A stretch of 63,982 nt of DNA, filler included, from Folioceros fuciformis (Eukaryota), in the NCBI GenBank assembly GCA_049999805.1. It is 5 parts of 5 records of this genome, joined end to end, with 100 filler letters (N's around TTAATTAATTAA, not from the genome) between each part and the next. Parts side by side here need not be neighbours in the genome. Positions count along the whole stretch, not along the records: positions 52,940 to 62,406 come from JBNGIO010004040.1; positions 62,507 to 63,982 come from JBNGIO010004220.1; 3 more parts are not named here. One strand, 5' to 3'. The position numbers were made by a program, and so were the translations under genes. The notes beneath the pieces were generated by a model. It saw nothing but the letters and a program-made list of their open reading frames with translations, had not been told where the DNA came from and ran no database searches. This document shows positions 59,545 through 63,982 of this stretch, in pieces (the first letter of the stretch is position 1; each line of letters starts with the position of its first letter).

Positions 59545-60720
59545 TCACAGTCGAAATAGAGGCGAAGGAGGCGTGGGAGGCAGACGAGAATGGGCCAGGA
59601 AAACGGCAAACAGATGCAGCACTCGAGCCGGTTGTGTGAGGAGGACCATGTGAGCTGCTACCCTCACGGTTGCGAATGTCAGGCTCAGCCTGACGGTGTT
59701 TGTGGCTCCGAAACTCTGCCCATATAGCCACCGGCGCGCTGGTTTTCCATCGTCTTCCCGGGATTTTATTTCATGCGCTGGAGAGCAGACCAGACAGATA
59801 CATCCATCCCGCAGTGCCAATTCCGAAGGGAGAGTGATCAGGGTCAGCGATAATTTGCCTCCCTTACCTGCTTGTCCACAAACCAGGCGGCGTATGGTGA
59901 AGCCGTCAGATTCAACTCCTTGGCGAGCTTGTGCTGAGGTGCCTCGTCCCGAGAAGAGGGATGAGGAAATTTCATCATCCACCTAGCAGGCTACCTGTAC
60001 AGCTCGACAGGGATGTCGGCCTCAATGATCTTCACGAGCTCGAGGAGGGTCTCGCGTCCAAAGTCGACGACATCGTAGCTGATCGCGTGGCTGCATACAG
60101 TCAATGTCACCGGCCCTGGTATGTGAAGAGCCTGCTGTACTTCCCGCAGATTTTCAGGTACTGGGACACCTCGTTCCCAAATGTAGTCTTGATTTGGCGC
60201 TTGTGGAAAGCCCCCTGCTTCTGCTGTGGATCCGTCATCTGTCAGCCGGGTAAAGGGAAACATCATTCGCAACTGAAGCTAGCAATTGAGCAGTTTGACG
60301 CAATCACATAGCGGATCTTCCTGAACTTGCGTTCCTGCTGCGCGGTTTCGGGAGGGAGAATGATTGTGGCGCGTTCTACAGGTAGCCGAATCGATCGACT
60401 ACTGCTACATGAATGGCTTTGGAATCTCATAAACCTGGGCAGCAATGCTCGTACCTCCATTTAGCCAGAGGGCGAGTGGCTTGGTGCTTCCATTGGTAGC
60501 TGCTTCCACAAAGCAGTAGTAGAAAAGAGCTCGGCCGTGGTACTCGTCAACATTCACAAACCCACGGTAGCGTGCAAAGGGAACTGCAGGCTGCCCTGGT
60601 AGCCGAACAATAATGTTGTGTCGCTGTCAGCGCCCCTGCCACTCTGAGCACGGCATCGATCCAAGCAACCAACGACAGGCAGGGCACCCTGTGCTGGTAA
60701 GCCAGTCTGATGTAACACAT
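59545..60720 (-). pseudogene. Serine carboxypeptidase-like (S10, clade II) pseudogene with large internal deletion
   Basis: [45 protein letters not shown] (~60455-60615); NLREVQQALH; KLAKELNLTASPYAAWF; LTFATVRVAAHMV..QPARVLHLF. Stops and frameshifts are present, and no GESYAG motif was found. Confidence 0.82.
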
Positions 60721-62506
60721 CCGAGCGCTGCAAACCTGTAAGCTCTACTACTAAGCTGTGGAAATGTGCGGTTAACACATGAGGAGGAAGCATGCATCTG
60801 GCTCTCATACGCGGAACACCGTGGAGGCCCACGGTCAGAAGAAGACTGGCAACGCCGTCAGGCCGCATCTTGTTCCTTCGGCTCACAATGCAACACTAGG
60901 ACTGGGCTGTCCGCCTCGTTACCAGCACTGTACATGGTAGATGTGGTAACAAAGCCGCCGCCTGGGTGTCATATGGACATGCATTACTTCCTATGGGTGT
61001 GCTAGGATGCTCATTTGAAGGTGGGAGTACCGATGGTAATGGGTTGTTGCCATTTTAAAAACTTCTGTGCCTGAAATGGAAGAAGATCCAGGCACGCTCC
61101 AGCGCCCTCACAGACAAAAGCAAAGTCGGAGTAGATTTCTGGGGCCCATCTGCAGGTTGGATGGAGGCTTGGAGATTGGATAAGAAAATCATAGAATATG
61201 CCCGACCTGAGCATATTCCAAGAGAATCTTCGGACAAAGTGCTCAATTCGTTTCTTCGGACATTTAGGCTCTTCACAGTGCACGGGGCTGGGGCACTGGC
61301 ACCACTTGTGCCTTGCCCTTTTAGGCATGCTTCCATCCACTGTCGTGTGCATAGTTATCCTAGGCCGTCTTCAGGTCACTACAGTTTGGACACTTGGAAA
61401 ACATTTAACGATGTGAGGGTATGTACGGTATACCACAGCGGACAGAGGGGAGGTGTCATAATTTTAGTACTATCTCCACGGGTATCTCCTAGCCTATTCT
61501 ATGTTCGTCACTGTAGAGAGCTGTCCGCTGCGGAGCCTTGCCCGAAGAGGTCAGTGCACCACAGCGGCCATGCTTTCAGAATTGTTCGCGTTTCATCTAT
61601 GAGAAGCTAAAAGGGTTCCAGAGCAGCGTGTTTGGTACACTTCACGGTTTCTTCTCTATGGTCTCAGCCCCTCGCAGCTCACGCTCTCATTTCCATGAAT
61701 TAGACCATGAGCCTGCGACACCGTCACGCACCTATCGCCCCTCTGTCTGACTACATAATAGCAGGGGCTTGAGGCCCGTGTCTCGGGACCCGGGGATAAA
61801 CGAGACATTTCGAAGGGGGGCCTCGGTCTCTCGCCACCGGTTGTGATTAAGGCCTGCCTCAATCACAACGTTTATCCAGGACCGCTCTCCCACGCATCGT
61901 TTTCGAAGCCCGCATGGCACAGAGATCCTTTCGACACCCATTCAAGGGCCTTTACTTCCCGCGCGGCTGAATTCTTCAAGCAGAATCTAGCTTGCTCTGG
62001 CTCTTCATCTGATCCCCACCCCCGTCCTCAGCTCTCCCTCACGGCGTGCTTTGGCCCTTCAACAAAGCCCCCCTATCCTCATCCCTCCCCGCTTAAGTCG
62101 CGAATGATGTGAAAGGAACAGTCCTCATCCTCCTTCGCTACGTCACGAATGATCTACGTCACGAATGATGTGAAAGGAACACTCCGGTGAAAGGGAGGCG
62201 TTAACGTCACGAATGATGTGAAAGGAACAGTCGGTGAAAGGGAGGCGTTAACGTTTCAGAGCGTTTTTTTTTTCTTGGACGATGGAGGATGTACGTTGTG
62301 GGATTTTGCTTTGAACAACAATCTGTTCATCTTATGCGCCACAGCGGCCATGAGTGGTGTCTTCAGAAGGAATTCTGACACCTCCCCTCTGTCCACTGTG
62401 GTATGCNNNNNNNNNNNNNNNNNNNNNNNNNNNNNNNNNNNNNNNNNNNNTTAATTAATTAANNNNNNNNNNNNNNNNNNNNNNNNNNNNNNNNNNNNNN
62501 NNNNNN

Positions 62507-63982
62507 TTTTTTTACTTATAAAGTATATATAATTATATACTAAAGCTAAAATCTTATTACTATACTTATACTTTAATAGTATAAAGTAGCTTATATTAAG
62601 AAGTTATAGTAAGTATAATAAATATAAAGATATAATATACTTTCTATATAAGCTACGCGCTTAAGTAAGTTACGTACTCTATTAAAACTATACTAAACCT
62701 TAGTAACTTACGTATAATTTATAGTAATCTATAGTAATTTACTAAAAATTATAGTAGGCTATTTTAATTAGAAATTATTTCTATATCTTTTTTATATATA
62801 TATAAGTTATACTTAGTCTTACTATAAGTTTTATAGTACTTTTAGTTATAATTAGCTTCTTTAGTATATACTTTCTTTAATACTCTTTTTTTATCTCTAT
62901 ATATCTTAAACTTTTTAAAAGTAGCTAATTTAAGACTTTAGCTAACTATTAGAACTTTTTCTTTCTATACTTACTTTCTTTTATATAATTTATAATATAT
63001 TATAACTTTATTAGCTACTTAAAGCTTAGTAATCTATTTTAAAACTAATATAAGCTTATATATAATAATAGTAATATCTTTAGTTAGCTTTTCTAAGGCC
63101 TTAACTATTAAAGTTAGTAAGTTATCTAAATATTTTTAAATTCTTATTTTAACTAAAGTAGATTATAATCTAAACTTTAAAGTATTTTTAGATATTTTAA
63201 ACTTCTAGAGCTTTTTATTTATAAAAGATAGTATTAGAGNNNNNNNNNNTTTTTTTACTTATAAAGTATATATAATTATATACTAAAGCTAAAATCTTAT
63301 TACTATACTTATACTTTAATAGTATAAAGTAGCTTATATTAAGAAGTTATAGTAAGTATAATAAATATAAAGATATAATATACTTTCTATATAAGCTACG
63401 CGCTTAAGTAAGTTACGTACTCTATTAAAACTATACTAAACCTTAGTAACTTACGTATAATTTATAGTAATCTATAGTAATTTACTAAAAATTATAGTAG
63501 GCTATTTTAATTAGAAATTATTTCTATATCTTTTTTATATATATATAAGTTATACTTAGTCTTACTATAAGTTTTATAGTACTTTTAGTTATAATTAGCT
63601 TCTTTAGTATATACTTTCTTTAATACTCTTTTTTTATCTCTATATATCTTAAACTTTTTAAAAGTAGCTAATTTAAGACTTTAGCTAACTATTAGAACTT
63701 TTTCTTTCTATACTTACTTTCTTTTATATAATTTATAATATATTATAACTTTATTAGCTACTTAAAGCTTAGTAATCTATTTTAAAACTAATATAAGCTT
63801 ATATATAATAATAGTAATATCTTTAGTTAGCTTTTCTAAGGCCTTAACTATTAAAGTTAGTAAGTTATCTAAATATTTTTAAATTCTTATTTTAACTAAA
63901 GTAGATTATAATCTAAACTTTAAAGTATTTTTAGATATTTTAAACTTCTAGAGCTTTTTATTTATAAAAGATAGTATTAGAG
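62507..63982. repeat. Apparently identical duplicated 733-bp extremely AT-rich block with RIP-like dinucleotide profile
   Basis: 62507-63239 matches 63250-63982, separated by 10 Ns. No CA or TG dinucleotide was found by eye, and TA is abundant. Confidence 0.9.

Noticed and set aside
61011-61610. ORFs upstream of the SCPL pseudogene, including FSWNML
   Set aside because: The SWN match lies 5' of the SCPL first exon, out of order, and has no flanking similarity.
63250-63982. Second AT-rich copy as a true tandem duplication or LTR pair
   Set aside because: End-to-end identity across a 10-N gap is typical of scaffolding redundancy.

Overview
This is eukaryotic, intron-containing DNA from a non-seed land plant. 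A DYW:KP-type PPR remnant and short (~70-150 bp) introns suggest a hornwort, fern or lycophyte (inference). The window is a pseudo-scaffold: four N-runs contain the six-frame-stop spacer TTAATTAATTAA, so adjacency across them is not biological. Apparently intact genes are two tandem 6-exon GT61/DUF563 glycosyltransferases, an intron-containing two-domain GNAT of bacterial type, two long intronless Trp-periodic charged-helix orphan ORFs and a convergent pair of phytocyanins. A Lys/Glu-rich repeat ORF and a SpoU methyltransferase cut by a gap are also present. Pseudogenes: an inverted GT61 fragment, a putative phytocyanin-fasciclin-GPI fusion, PPR E-DYW:KP, a bicupin storage globulin and a serine carboxypeptidase-like gene. 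Mobile DNA includes a Ty3/gypsy fragment with a PHD finger on integrase, three Ty1/copia elements (one with both LTRs, PBS, PPT and TSD), a copia gag remnant, a MITE-like TIR family and a retroelement accessory ORF. The window ends in a duplicated AT-rich block lacking CpA/TpG, the signature of fungal RIP. All family assignments come from motif recognition by eye; no database searches were run.
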